From Chthoniobacterales bacterium (GTDB lineage Bacteria; Verrucomicrobiota; Verrucomicrobiia; Chthoniobacterales; UBA10450), in NCBI GenBank assembly GCA_046262275.1, contig JBHENA010000001.1:1-44168 (forward strand): a stretch of DNA of 44,168 nt, given 5' to 3'. The translations under genes were made by a program, and so were the position numbers. Below the pieces are notes generated by a model, which saw nothing but the letters and a program-made list of their open reading frames with translations, had not been told where the DNA came from and did not search any database. Shown here one piece after another: positions 15,499-25,210 of this stretch; positions within the stretch are counted from its first letter, which is position 1, and each line of letters opens with the position of its first letter.

Positions 15499-18044
15499 TC
15501 GGCCACGCTCGCCTTCGATTGTGCTGCCCTGCGACGTCGCACCAGGTGATAGCCTGCCGAAAGGGCAGCAAGCACCGCAGCCGCATAGGTGCTCGGCTCG
15601 GGCGCGGCAGTCGGCGTAATCTCGTAGTAGCCGTTGCCCAAATCGAACTGCGTGGCCCCAGGCAAGAAACCGGTAAAGCTAAAGTTGCCGAGGTTCGACG
15701 ATTGTGACGTATCGAATATGAGTCGGTCACTAGCCCCGCCACCCGGCATATTCGCCGTCCCACTCCAGTTATCGATCATGAGCGTGAACGAGCCAGGCGT
15801 AAAGCTGGCGAAGTTAAGAACACCAACGCTTCCCGTGCCGAAATCGATGTGCGAGCCGGTAGCTGTCAACGTCAAGGCACCCATGCCAGGGGTCGTTGCC
15901 GTGCCTTCGCTGAAGTTTCCCTTTGCGATCGTGCCGCCGGCGAGAGTAACCGTCGCCGTATCGTTGATCTGATTGCTGCCCCCGAGGAGAAGTGTGCCAC
16001 CACTATTGACGGTGACAGAAGCAGTCGATCCTAACGCACTCCCAGCACTGGCGAGAATAAGAGTCCCGCCATTGACTGTGGTGCTACCGGTATAGGTGTT
16101 TGCACCTGATAGCGTCAATGTCCCGCTGCCCGATTTCGTTAGGGCAAGAAGGCGGGTCGATCCATTCTGGAGAACGCCGCCATAGCTATCGGAGTTTGCC
16201 GTGTTCACGGTCAGGGTGTCAGTGCCCGCCGTCGCGGAACCACTCTCGATGACGGGCGTGCCAACCAGCGCGTTCGTGTTCAAACCAACGATTGTAGTGT
16301 TGTTGCCATTCAGCTGCAGCCGCCCAGTGCTGCTCGCGCCGAAGACGACCGCTGCACTCGCACTCGGCCCCAGGGCAGTGGCGTTCCCCAAGGTCAGTGT
16401 GCCAGCATTGATCGTGGTGGAGCCGGTGAAGGTATTGGCGGTGCCCAGCACCAGCGTGCCTGCGCCGCTTTTCTCGAACGATCCGCTACCGCTGATGGAC
16501 GCGCCAGAAGACAGCGTCAGAGTGCTCGCAGCCGAACTGACATCGATGATTCCGGCACCGCCGGTAGCTAGAGTTAAAGGTCGGGTGCTTGAAGTCGTAG
16601 CGCCGGTATATTGCAGCGTTCCAGTCGTGCCGCTCGCGCCCAAGCCAACCGCGCTAGTGCCCGTGCCCAAACCGGAGCCGACAACGCTGATCGTGCCGTT
16701 CTGAATCGCCACCGCTCCGGAGAACGTATTCGAGTTCGACAGCGTGAGAGTGCCGGCGCCGACCTTCGTCAGACTGAACGCGCCGCTGACCACTCCACTG
16801 AGCGTGAGATTACCGGCGTCAGCACCAACCGTCGTATTGGCGCCCAGCGTAACCGCGCCGCTCACCGTGTTATTTCCGCTGATATTGCGCAGCGCGCCGT
16901 CATTGGAAATCCCGGTTCCTCGAAGCGTCAACGCGTCGGCGATCGCGAGGTTAGCGCCTTGGATCTGGAGCGCGGCGCCACTTGCGACCGTGGTCCCACC
17001 CGTCCCCAACCCGAGCGCGGCGTTGCTTTGGAGGTTCAAGACGCCGCCGTTCACTGTCGTCGTGCCGCTGTAAGTGTTTGTGCCCGACAGCGTCCACGTG
17101 CCGGTCCCGTTTTTCACCAAAGCGGTCGTGTTTTTCGCAGAATTGTCCACGATCGCCCCGGCGAAGGTGTTGGCCGCTGTGCTTGAACCCGTTAACGTCA
17201 GTGTTTTCACGCCCGCGCCTGTTGCAGTCAGCGCACTCGTGAAGGTGAGCGCCCCGGATCCGGATGCGTCAATCGTCGCGCCACCGGTCGTGCCTGCGAG
17301 ATCGATGACACGATTCGTCGTGGTGGTGCCGCCGGTATAGATCAGCGTGCCGCCTGTGGTGGTAGCGCCGATTTTGATGGTTCCTAAAGCTGACGTCATT
17401 GGGGCGCCTAACGCCGAAGGGCTTGCGAGGTTCGCCAGCGAATTAACCGAAACACTTCCGGCGTTGATCGAACTCTGGCCGGTGTAGGTGTTGGCGCCCG
17501 CGAGAGCGAGAATTCCTGTCCCGGTCTTGGTGAAAGTCCCGCTGCCGCTTACGATATTGTTGATCGTGGTGTTGAAGTTTCCGCCGATCGAAAGCGCGGT
17601 GGTGCCCATATCGATGTTTCCACCGAAAACTAGGCTACCCGAGGTCGCGCTCCAAGTCTGCGATGCGCCGCTAAGAGTGATCGCGTTGTTAATTGTTTGG
17701 GTTGCCGCGCTGCTGTTCGTCACACCCGCGCTGAGTGTGTAGGTATTTCCACCGAGAACGAAGGCCCCTGCTCCGGTGTTGAACGTCAGCGAAGCGATCG
17801 AGAGAGCCGCTACCTGATTAGGAGTAAGGCGTAAAGTGCCGCCGAACTGGAGCGCATCGCCCGCTATAGGCGCGCCGGTGGTTCCCCAGTTCGCGGCTAA
17901 GGAGGTGTCGTCGCTGGCGCCGCCGCCATTCCACGTCCGTATGGCCGCGCGCGCGACCTCGAGCCGCAAACCGAGAACGCAGCAAAAAACCGCTACACTG
18001 AAAAGTGTAGAAGATAGAGCTCGGGCCTGGCGGAGACGTTCCAC
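15495..18044 (-). CDS. PEP-CTERM-anchored autotransporter-associated beta-strand repeat (PATR) surface protein
   Basis: 849 aa. Signal peptide, then many units such as GTGILALAGANTYTGQSSINAGSV and GSGTLTLSGANTYTGSTTVNGGTLIL. The C-terminus APEPSTYAAAVLAALSAGYHLVRRRR is a PEP-CTERM domain. Its stop codon overlaps the Nudix stop (CTAA). Confidence 0.9.
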   Translation of the reverse strand: MERLRQARALSSTLFSVAVFCCVLGLRLEVARAAIRTWNGGGASDDTSLAANWGTTGAPIAGDALQFGGTLRLTPNQVAALSIASLTFNTGAGAFVLGGNTYTLSAGVTNSSAATQTINNAITLSGASQTWSATSGSLVFGGNIDMGTTALSIGGNFNTTINNIVSGSGTFTKTGTGILALAGANTYTGQSSINAGSVSVNSLANLASPSALGAPMTSALGTIKIGATTTGGTLIYTGGTTTTNRVIDLAGTTGGATIDASGSGALTFTSALTATGAGVKTLTLTGSSTAANTFAGAIVDNSAKNTTALVKNGTGTWTLSGTNTYSGTTTVNGGVLNLQSNAALGLGTGGTTVASGAALQIQGANLAIADALTLRGTGISNDGALRNISGNNTVSGAVTLGANTTVGADAGNLTLSGVVSGAFSLTKVGAGTLTLSNSNTFSGAVAIQNGTISVVGSGLGTGTSAVGLGASGTTGTLQYTGATTSSTRPLTLATGGAGIIDVSSAASTLTLSSGASISGSGSFEKSGAGTLVLGTANTFTGSTTINAGTLTLGNATALGPSASAAVVFGASSTGRLQLNGNNTTIVGLNTNALVGTPVIESGSATAGTDTLTVNTANSDSYGGVLQNGSTRLLALTKSGSGTLTLSGANTYTGSTTVNGGTLILASAGSALGSTASVTVNSGGTLLLGGSNQINDTATVTLAGGTIAKGNFSEGTATTPGMGALTLTATGSHIDFGTGSVGVLNFASFTPGSFTLMIDNWSGTANMPGGGASDRLIFDTSQSSNLGNFSFTGFLPGATQFDLGNGYYEITPTAAPEPSTYAAAVLAALSAGYHLVRRRRAAQSKASVAD

Positions 18045-18189
18045 TGGCCAAAGTATTTAGCCGGTTACATGCCATTTTCGCGGTTTCTACCGAGTTTATG
18101 GCGGCTACAACTACTTACGAAAATACCAAACTTTCCGCTCGTCTGCGGATCTTACCTAATTCGCTTCTGCGTAGCAGTTTACAAGACGG

Positions 18190-19170
18190 CTACGAAATTC
18201 CCGCAACTGCGCGTGGAATGTAATTTTCTTGCAGCGAAGCGAGCTCAGATTCAGTCAAATTGACCGTCAGCGCCGCAATCGCGTCGTCGATGTGTCGTTC
18301 TTTCGACGCGCCAACGATTGGCGAGGTGACGCCAGGTGTTTGCATCAGCCAAGCTAAAGCAATTTGCGCCGGCGGAAGCCCTCGACCCTGAGCCACGGCC
18401 TCCAGTGCATCGATCACCCGCTCGTCCGCCGCCGCGATCTGCGCGCCGTAGAGCGTTTGACCATACGTATCGGTACGCGCTCGCACCGTTTGCGTGCGGC
18501 CCTTCCCCGCCAAGAGCCCGCGCGCCAGCGGGCTCCACGGGATCACACCGATTCCCTCTTCGATGCAGAGAGGCATCATCTCTCGCTCCTCCTCGCGGTA
18601 GAGCAAATTGTAATGATTCTGCATCGTCTCGAAGCGCGTCCAGCCGTTCGCTTTGGCAGTCGCGAGCATCTTCGCGAATTGCCACGAGAACATCGACGAC
18701 GCGCCGAGATAACGCGCTTTCCCAGCCTTCACGACATCGTGCAGCGCCTCGAGGGTTTCCTCGATCGGCGTCTCATTGTCGAAGCGATGAATCTGATAGA
18801 GATCGACGTAGTCGGTGCCCAGACGCCGCAAGCTGTTGTCGATCGCGTGCATGATGTGCTTCCGCGAGAGGCCGCGCTGATTCGGATCCTCACCGACTGG
18901 ATAGAAAACCTTCGTCGCGATGACAACTCGCTCGCGACCGGGGCCGAAGTCGCGCAGCGCGCGGCCAAGCACTTCCTCGCTCGCGCCGACGGAGTACATA
19001 TCGGCGGTGTCGAAGAAGTTGATGCCGCCTTCGAGCGCGTGGCGAATCAAGGGGCGGCTCCCTTCTTCATCCAAAACCCACTCGCGCCACTTGCTCGAGC
19101 CGTAAGTCATCGTGCCGAGGCAAATCGGTGAAACTTTGAGGCCGGTCGAGCCGAGTCTTACATAATCCAT
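18190..19170 (-). CDS. Aldo/keto reductase
   Basis: [47 protein letters not shown] and [11 protein letters not shown] are classic AKR blocks. Confidence 0.9.
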   Translation of the reverse strand: MDYVRLGSTGLKVSPICLGTMTYGSSKWREWVLDEEGSRPLIRHALEGGINFFDTADMYSVGASEEVLGRALRDFGPGRERVVIATKVFYPVGEDPNQRGLSRKHIMHAIDNSLRRLGTDYVDLYQIHRFDNETPIEETLEALHDVVKAGKARYLGASSMFSWQFAKMLATAKANGWTRFETMQNHYNLLYREEEREMMPLCIEEGIGVIPWSPLARGLLAGKGRTQTVRARTDTYGQTLYGAQIAAADERVIDALEAVAQGRGLPPAQIALAWLMQTPGVTSPIVGASKERHIDDAIAALTVNLTESELASLQENYIPRAVAGIS

Positions 19171-19184
19171 CGGGCAACCTCGCG

Positions 19185-19263
19185 GTCATCCGAGCGAAGT
19201 CGAGGGACCCCGTGGCATTACGCGCGGTTCGTCCGCGGGTTCCTCGACTTCGCTCGGAATGAC
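19185..19263. repeat. Large near-perfect inverted repeat in the divergent AKR / icd intergenic region
   Basis: The left arm is gtcatccgagcgaagtcgaggga. The right arm is ttcctcgacttcgctcggaatgac, whose reverse complement is gtcattccgagcgaagtcgaggaa. That is one bulge and one mismatch over 23-24 nt. The 32-nt loop contains a nested CGCGG-ttcgt-CCGCG hairpin. Confidence 0.7.
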
Positions 19264-19327
19264 AAAGGGGCCGCGCGCCTCGCGCGAATCGTTGCAGGTG
19301 CGGAGTGCCTCGTTACAGTCCGGTTCT

Positions 19328-20644
19328 ATGCCGTATAAAGACATCACCCCGCCGGCTGGCGACAAAATCTCGATCTCCCAAGGTAAACTGACCGTCCCAG
19401 ATCGGCCCGTGATTCCATTTATTCGCGGAGACGGAACGGGGCCCGACATCTGGGCGTCGAGCCAGCGCGTCCTCGACGCAGCGGTGGAGAAGGCTTACGG
19501 CGGCCGGAAGAAAATTGCGTGGTTTGAAGTCTTCGCCGGACAGGCTGCTAAGGACCGCTTCGACAGCTGGCTGCCGGACGAAACCGTGGAAGGCTTCCGC
19601 GAGTACCTCATAGGCATCAAAGGCCCCCTCACCACCCCAGTCGGCGGCGGCATCCGTTCACTCAACGTAGCGCTCCGGCAGATGCTCGATCTCTACGTCT
19701 GCCTGCGCCCGGTGCAGTATTTCAAAGGCGTGCCCTCACCTGTGAAACATCCGGAGAAGGTCGACATGATCATCTTCCGCGAGAACACCGAAGACATCTA
19801 TGCCGGTATCGAATACGCCGCCGGCACGCCGGAAGCGAAGCGCGTCCTCGACTTTCTGCAGAAGGAAGATCCGAAGAATTTCGAGAAGATTCGTTTCGGC
19901 ACGGAGGCCAAATCAACGGAGTTCTGGAACGCAGTCGGCGCACAGAATTTCCCGAGCGAGGTTCGCGTGGGCGTCGGCATCAAGCCGGTTAGCTACTCCG
20001 GTAGTGTGCGCCTGATCCACAGCGCGATCAGCTACGCGATTAAGTTCGGCCGCAAGAGCGTCACGCTCGTCCACAAGGGGAACATCATGAAGTTCACCGA
20101 AGGCGCGTTCCGCGATTGGGGCTACGAAACGGCGAAACAGTTCTTCGGCGCCGAAGAGATCGATGGCGGGCCGTGGTGTCAAATCCCGGAGGGCAAACCT
20201 GGCGCCGGCATCGTGATTAAAGATGCGATCGCTGACATCACCTTGCAGCAGGTGCTGACGCGCCCGGAAGATTTCGATGTCCTCGCGACCTTGAACTTGA
20301 ACGGCGATTACCTCAGCGATGCGCTGGCCGCACAGGTCGGCGGTATCGGCATCGCTCCCGGCGGAAATATTAACTACATCACCGGGCACGCGGTTTTCGA
20401 AGCGACGCACGGCACCGCTCCGAAGTACGCAGGCAAAGACATGGTCAATCCTGGCTCTGTCATTTTGTCAGGCGAAATGATGTTCCGCTACATGGGCTGG
20501 ACGGAAGCGGCCGACTTGATCGTAAAGGGGCTGAATGGCGCGATCGCGAGCAAGCGCGTGACCTACGATTTCGCGCGCTTGATGGAAGGCGCGACGAAGA
20601 TCAAATGCTCCGAGTTCGGACAGAATGTGATCGACCACATGTAA
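19328..20644 (+). CDS. icd: NADP-dependent isocitrate dehydrogenase
   Basis: [42 protein letters not shown] and [23 protein letters not shown] are typical of prokaryotic Icd. I trimmed the start to ATG 19328. Confidence 0.92.
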   Translation: MPYKDITPPAGDKISISQGKLTVPDRPVIPFIRGDGTGPDIWASSQRVLDAAVEKAYGGRKKIAWFEVFAGQAAKDRFDSWLPDETVEGFREYLIGIKGPLTTPVGGGIRSLNVALRQMLDLYVCLRPVQYFKGVPSPVKHPEKVDMIIFRENTEDIYAGIEYAAGTPEAKRVLDFLQKEDPKNFEKIRFGTEAKSTEFWNAVGAQNFPSEVRVGVGIKPVSYSGSVRLIHSAISYAIKFGRKSVTLVHKGNIMKFTEGAFRDWGYETAKQFFGAEEIDGGPWCQIPEGKPGAGIVIKDAIADITLQQVLTRPEDFDVLATLNLNGDYLSDALAAQVGGIGIAPGGNINYITGHAVFEATHGTAPKYAGKDMVNPGSVILSGEMMFRYMGWTEAADLIVKGLNGAIASKRVTYDFARLMEGATKIKCSEFGQNVIDHM

Positions 20645-20660
20645 TCGCAGTAGCCGCCGC

Positions 20661-21245
20661 ATGACGAAATCGCGACTCGAGCCGCAGACCGGCACCGCCT
20701 TCGAATTGAAGGCGGGTCAGACGCTCCGCGTCATCGACGCGGAGGGCGAGCAGGTTGCCGACCTAACGGCGTTCTCGCGTGCTGACTCGACCGAGTGGCT
20801 TTCGTCCGGGCGCAGTATCGACTACGCGAACACGATCTACCTAACGAAAGGTCACACACTTTATTCGAATCGCAGCCGGCCGATGTTTGTCATCACAGCC
20901 GACGACGTTGGCCGGCACGATTTCCTGCTCACACCGTGCAGCCGAGAGACGTTCGAGATCATCTACAAGAACACTGATCCGCACCCGAGTTGCTTCGAAA
21001 ATCTGTGGCGCAACCTGGCCGAGTTTGGCATCGCGCCGGACAGCATCCCGACGACATTGAACATCTTCATGAACGTCGAAGTCGGAGCCGACGGCGTCTT
21101 GAACATTCTCCGGCCGCGTTCGCGCGCAGGCGACGCGCTCACGCTCCGCGCTGAGATGGATCTGATCGTCGGGCTGACAGCCTGCTCCGCGGAACTGTCG
21201 AACAACGGCACCTTTAAACCAATCGCGTACGAGATCCGCGACTAA
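20661..21245 (+). CDS. DUF1989 / urea-carboxylase-associated family protein
   Basis: GTAFELKAGQTLRVIDAEGEQVADL..., HDFLLTPCSRETFE and LNIFMNVEV...LTLRAEMDLIVGLTACS match the DUF1989 pattern. Confidence 0.8.
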   Translation: MTKSRLEPQTGTAFELKAGQTLRVIDAEGEQVADLTAFSRADSTEWLSSGRSIDYANTIYLTKGHTLYSNRSRPMFVITADDVGRHDFLLTPCSRETFEIIYKNTDPHPSCFENLWRNLAEFGIAPDSIPTTLNIFMNVEVGADGVLNILRPRSRAGDALTLRAEMDLIVGLTACSAELSNNGTFKPIAYEIRD

Positions 21246-21628
21246 GACTGAGCACAACAAGTTGCAGTCAGGCGCAACCGGGCACTGATTTGCAGCTTTC
21301 GGTTGCCCGCCGTCCACTCCACGGCCACGAAGGCTACTGGTCAGCGTGACGGGCGGCGATTCCCGTCCTAAGCTGAGCCCGACATGATTAAGACTGCCGA
21401 GTCTCCGACCCGGAGAATTGCAAAACGCATGCAGGCGAAGACGGCCAAAATGCGTCGGCGTGAGAACGCACGATGGACTGGTAACGTGCTCCCCGGCTCC
21501 GCAGTCCTTCCGCAGCGCGGCCAACGTGGAACACCGCCGTTTAGCGCGCGCAACCACGGAACCAAGATGCTGAACGCTCTGCTCGTTAGCCTGCAGGACT
21601 TCGCCGTCCGCTGTAAGCCGGCTGCGCG

Positions 21629-23971
21629 ATGAAGATTGCGATCGTTATCCCTTGGTTCGGCCGTGACCTCAAAGGCGGCGCGGAGCAGCAAGCCTGGCAA
21701 ATTGCAACGCGGCTAGCTGCGCGCGGCCACGAGATAGAGGTCCTTACTACCTGTTGTCGGTCGCATCAGGACGACTGGGAATCGAACCATTTACGAGCTG
21801 GATTGGAACAGCAGCCGGAGGGTTTTTCAATCCGCCGATTCGCGGTCGTCGCGCGCGACCGCGCCGCCTTTGACCAAGTTTGCAGCGGCTTGATGAACCT
21901 GAGCGGTGCGGAGCTGACACCGGGGGTGTCGCCGGTCAGCGGGGAAGCCTCTGCAGTGTTTGTGAACGAGCTGATCAAGTCTCCAGAGCTTCTCGGATAT
22001 CTGGAAGCTAACGAGCAGACCTTCGATTGGTTCCTGTTCCTGCCTTACCTCTACGGCCTGGTGTTACATGGTGTCTTGAGCGTGGCGGATCGCGCCCTGC
22101 TGCAACCGTGCCTGCACGATGAGAGTTACGCCTATCTGCCGGAAGTCGCGGACGCGTTCCATCTCGCCAGCAAGCTCCTGTTTAACAGCGAAGGCGAGAT
22201 GGAGTTAGCCCTGCGGCTGTTCGGTCCGGGCATCTGGAATAAGTCCACCGTCGTCGGCGAAGGCGTCGAAGACAGCGACGCACTAGTTACAAACGGTCAG
22301 CTGCGGTCCAATGCAGCTAACATCGGCGGTCCATACGTTCTTTGTCTCGGTCGAAAGGAAGAAGGCAAGAATACTCCTATGCTGCTGCGCGCATTCCGTC
22401 GCTTTCGCGCCGTGCGGCCGAATAGCGATATGCAACTTGTGCTCGCCGGACACGGTGACGCCAAGTTAAGCGCTGACGACAAACAGGTGCACGACCTCGG
22501 CGTCGTCAGCGACGCTGACCGCGACTCTTTGCTGAATGGCTGCATCGCGTTGTTTCAGCCTAGCGAGAAGGAAAGCTTCTCACGCGTAATGATGGAAGCC
22601 TGGCTGCGCGGCAAACCGGTCGCAGCCCACTCCTCGTGCCTCGCTACAGCAGTCGCGGTCAATCGGGCGCGCGGCGGGTGGGTCGCTGGCGGTGAAGCTG
22701 AATGGGCGGCGCTGTTCGCAGAAGTTGCGCGCACCCATCCGCGGCAACTCGCCGGCCTCGGCGAACGGGGGCGCAGTTACGCGCGCGTGATGGCGGAATG
22801 GGAAAAGGTAATCGACAGATACGAGGAGGTGCTGGCGCCAGAAATTGCGAAGGCGAGCCCCATAGCACTCGAGGGCAACGGCCCCGGCGGCATACACCAA
22901 TTTCTGCCGAACCTTTCCTATGGTGACGCCATTTCTAACTACGCCATCTGGATTCGCGACCAAATTCGCCAGCTAGGTCTTCCCTCTGAAATCTACGTCC
23001 GCTACATCGATCCACGCGTGGAGCATGAGTGCCGGGTCTTCTCGCCCGAAGCGCTGGTCGCATCCGACGCAGCTATCTACCACCACAGCGTCGGCAGCGA
23101 GATCACCCCCCATGTCGCCAACTTCCCAAAGCAGAAATGCCTGATCTATCACAACATCACTCCCGCGGAGTTTTTTGAGCCGTTCTGGCCTGAGTACGCC
23201 CCAACGCTGCGTCGTGGGCGCGATGATCTCCGGCTGCTCGCGCCGCAGTTCCCGTTGTCCTTCGGAGTCTCTCAGTATAACGCGGACGAACTGCGAGAAC
23301 ATGGTTTTCGTAACCCAGGTATTTGTCCGATCGGAGTTGATCCCACAAAGTGGAATTTCCCGGCTGATCCGGCGATGATGGCACGGCTTCAGGATGGTCG
23401 GACAAACATTCTTTTCGTTGGGCGCATCGCGCCGAATAAGAAACAGGAGGACTTGGTAACAGCTTTCTACGAATACCTCTCCTTTGATCCTACAGCGCGT
23501 CTGATCATCGTCGGAAAAGCAGAAGAGAACGATCGCTACGCCGCACATCTGTTGAACGTCATCCGCGACTTAGGCGTCGAAGACTCCGTCTACATGCCCG
23601 GCAGTATCACCGACGCCGAGCTCGCCGCCTGCTATCGAAACGCAGATCTTTTCTGGTCGATGTCGGAGCACGAAGGTTTCTGTGTGCCGCTGATTGAGGC
23701 GATGTGGTTCGACGTCCCGATCCTCGCGTTTCGCAGCTCAGCAATCCCCGAAACTCTCGGTCCGGCAGGTCTCCTGTTCACGGACAAAAACCAGCTCGTT
23801 GAGCTGGCGGCGTTAGCTCACATCCTGATTCAAGACGTGGAATTGCGGGACCGAATGTTACGCGCTCAGCGCCAACAGCGTCGCGCGTTCCTGCCGCGCG
23901 AGATCGCTCCGCAGATAACCGACCTGGCCCGGAAGCTCCTCCCCGCGGACACCGCGTTCCAGGAAAAGTAG
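21629..23971 (+). CDS. Fused double GT-B glycosyltransferase (two GT4-like modules, 780 aa)
   Basis: The N-terminal module MKIAIVIPWFGRDLKGGAEQQAWQIATRLAARGHEIEVLTT is paralogous to the GT4 at 37563. The C-terminal module carries NILFVGRIAPNKKQEDL and SEHEGFCVPLIEAMWFDVPILAFRSSAIPETLG, the EX7E motif. Confidence 0.85.
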   Translation: MKIAIVIPWFGRDLKGGAEQQAWQIATRLAARGHEIEVLTTCCRSHQDDWESNHLRAGLEQQPEGFSIRRFAVVARDRAAFDQVCSGLMNLSGAELTPGVSPVSGEASAVFVNELIKSPELLGYLEANEQTFDWFLFLPYLYGLVLHGVLSVADRALLQPCLHDESYAYLPEVADAFHLASKLLFNSEGEMELALRLFGPGIWNKSTVVGEGVEDSDALVTNGQLRSNAANIGGPYVLCLGRKEEGKNTPMLLRAFRRFRAVRPNSDMQLVLAGHGDAKLSADDKQVHDLGVVSDADRDSLLNGCIALFQPSEKESFSRVMMEAWLRGKPVAAHSSCLATAVAVNRARGGWVAGGEAEWAALFAEVARTHPRQLAGLGERGRSYARVMAEWEKVIDRYEEVLAPEIAKASPIALEGNGPGGIHQFLPNLSYGDAISNYAIWIRDQIRQLGLPSEIYVRYIDPRVEHECRVFSPEALVASDAAIYHHSVGSEITPHVANFPKQKCLIYHNITPAEFFEPFWPEYAPTLRRGRDDLRLLAPQFPLSFGVSQYNADELREHGFRNPGICPIGVDPTKWNFPADPAMMARLQDGRTNILFVGRIAPNKKQEDLVTAFYEYLSFDPTARLIIVGKAEENDRYAAHLLNVIRDLGVEDSVYMPGSITDAELAACYRNADLFWSMSEHEGFCVPLIEAMWFDVPILAFRSSAIPETLGPAGLLFTDKNQLVELAALAHILIQDVELRDRMLRAQRQQRRAFLPREIAPQITDLARKLLPADTAFQEK

Positions 23972-23974
23972 TCC

Positions 23975-24032
23975 GGCGACGGCCATTACACATCGCGAGC
24001 GGCCGCGGGGAGGAGCCCACGACGGCCGTCGC
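23975..24032. terminator. Possible bidirectional stem-loop between convergent genes
   Basis: ggcgacggcc ... ggccgtcgc(t) are 9-10-bp arms with a ~39-nt loop. Weak call; there is no U-tract. Confidence 0.25.
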
Positions 24033-24073
24033 TGCTCGTCAATGACCGTCGGCTCTGCGCGCGGCTTCGCGAA

Positions 24074-25054
24074 TCAAACGCTGATAGCCTGCGCGCGGGT
24101 GATCTGATCATAGATCCATGCGTAGGTGCGCTCGATGCCATCCCGCAATCGGATCGATGGTTCCCAGCCGAGGTATCTTTTGATCAAAGTGTTGTCGCTA
24201 TTACGGCCGTTCACGCCTTTCGGCGCGCCAAGGTTGTAGCTCCGCTTCACTTTAATCCCGGCAAGTTCTTCCGCGAGATCCACCAGCTGATTGATGCTGA
24301 CGAGTTCGCTACTCCCGAGGTTGATCGGCTCAATGATATCGCTTTCCATGATCAGCTGCGTGCCCTTCACGCAATCGTCGATATACATGAAGCTCCTCGT
24401 CTGGTTCCCGTCGCCCCAGATTTCGATTTGGTTGCTTCCCGATAATTTCGCCTCGATCACCTTCCGGCAAATCGCTGCCGGCGCCTTCTCGCGGCCACCG
24501 GTGTAGGTCCCTTCAGGCCCGTACACATTGTGATACCGCGCGACGCGCGTAGTTAGTCCATAGTCCTCGCGAAAGTGGCGGCACATCCGTTCGCTGAACA
24601 ACTTCTCCCACCCGTACCCATCTTCGGCTAGGGCGGGGTAAGCATCCTCCTCTTTCAACGCGACGACATTCCGGTCCTTCTGCTTCTCCGCATTGTAAAC
24701 GCACGCGGAGGACGCGAAGAAGTAGCGGTCGATCCCGGCTTCCTGCGAGGACATGCACATGTGCGTGTTGATGAGAACCGAGAGCATGCAGAGAGCCTTG
24801 TTGTGTTCGATGAAGCCCATTCCGCCCATATTCGCCGCGAGGTTGTAGACGACATCCATGCCCGCGGCCGCATCCATGCAGGCCTCACGTAGATTGAGAT
24901 CAAGCTCCAGGTTCTCCACGTCTTCGAACCGCTGATACCATTCCTCCCTAGGCTTGATATCGACGGCACGGACAGTATTCCCCTGGCGTCGAAGATCCGC
25001 CACCAAATGGCCGCCGATGAAGCCGCCCGCTCCACAAACTAGGATCTGTTTCAT
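24074..25054 (-). CDS. GDP-mannose 3,5-epimerase-like extended SDR
   Basis: MKQILVCGAGGFIGGHL, NMGGMGFI, ASSACVY, YGWEKL, GGREKAPAAICRK, WGDGNQTRSF and VNGRNSDNTLIKRYLGWEP match my recollection of the conserved blocks of GME enzymes. I trimmed the start to ATG 25054. Confidence 0.8.
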   Translation of the reverse strand: MKQILVCGAGGFIGGHLVADLRRQGNTVRAVDIKPREEWYQRFEDVENLELDLNLREACMDAAAGMDVVYNLAANMGGMGFIEHNKALCMLSVLINTHMCMSSQEAGIDRYFFASSACVYNAEKQKDRNVVALKEEDAYPALAEDGYGWEKLFSERMCRHFREDYGLTTRVARYHNVYGPEGTYTGGREKAPAAICRKVIEAKLSGSNQIEIWGDGNQTRSFMYIDDCVKGTQLIMESDIIEPINLGSSELVSINQLVDLAEELAGIKVKRSYNLGAPKGVNGRNSDNTLIKRYLGWEPSIRLRDGIERTYAWIYDQITRAQAISV

Positions 25055-25210
25055 ACGATGTGCGACCGCCGGATGCTGAAAGCGTCCCAAAGCTCGGACG
25101 CAACCGATGCGCTGCGCCGATCATAGCACGCACAAATTCGTGCTGCCACCATGACTGGTGTAATTTGTTCCGGCCGCGTATGAATCTGCCGGCGCACGAC
25201 ATCAGCCTCC

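Noticed and set aside
21384-21632. 82-aa very basic ORF whose stop overlaps (ATGA) the start of the double-GT4 gene, within the 383-bp intergenic region 21246-21628.
   Set aside because: It has no recognisable motif, its composition looks like random high-GC translation, and the ATGA overlap can arise by chance. It is worth a ribosome-profiling look but is not supportable as a gene.
20841-21700. Minus-strand ORFs 20841..21557 (238 aa) and 21368..21700 (110 aa).
   Set aside because: They are largely antisense to the DUF1989 gene or span intergenic DNA, and they have Arg/Cys-rich composition with no motifs.
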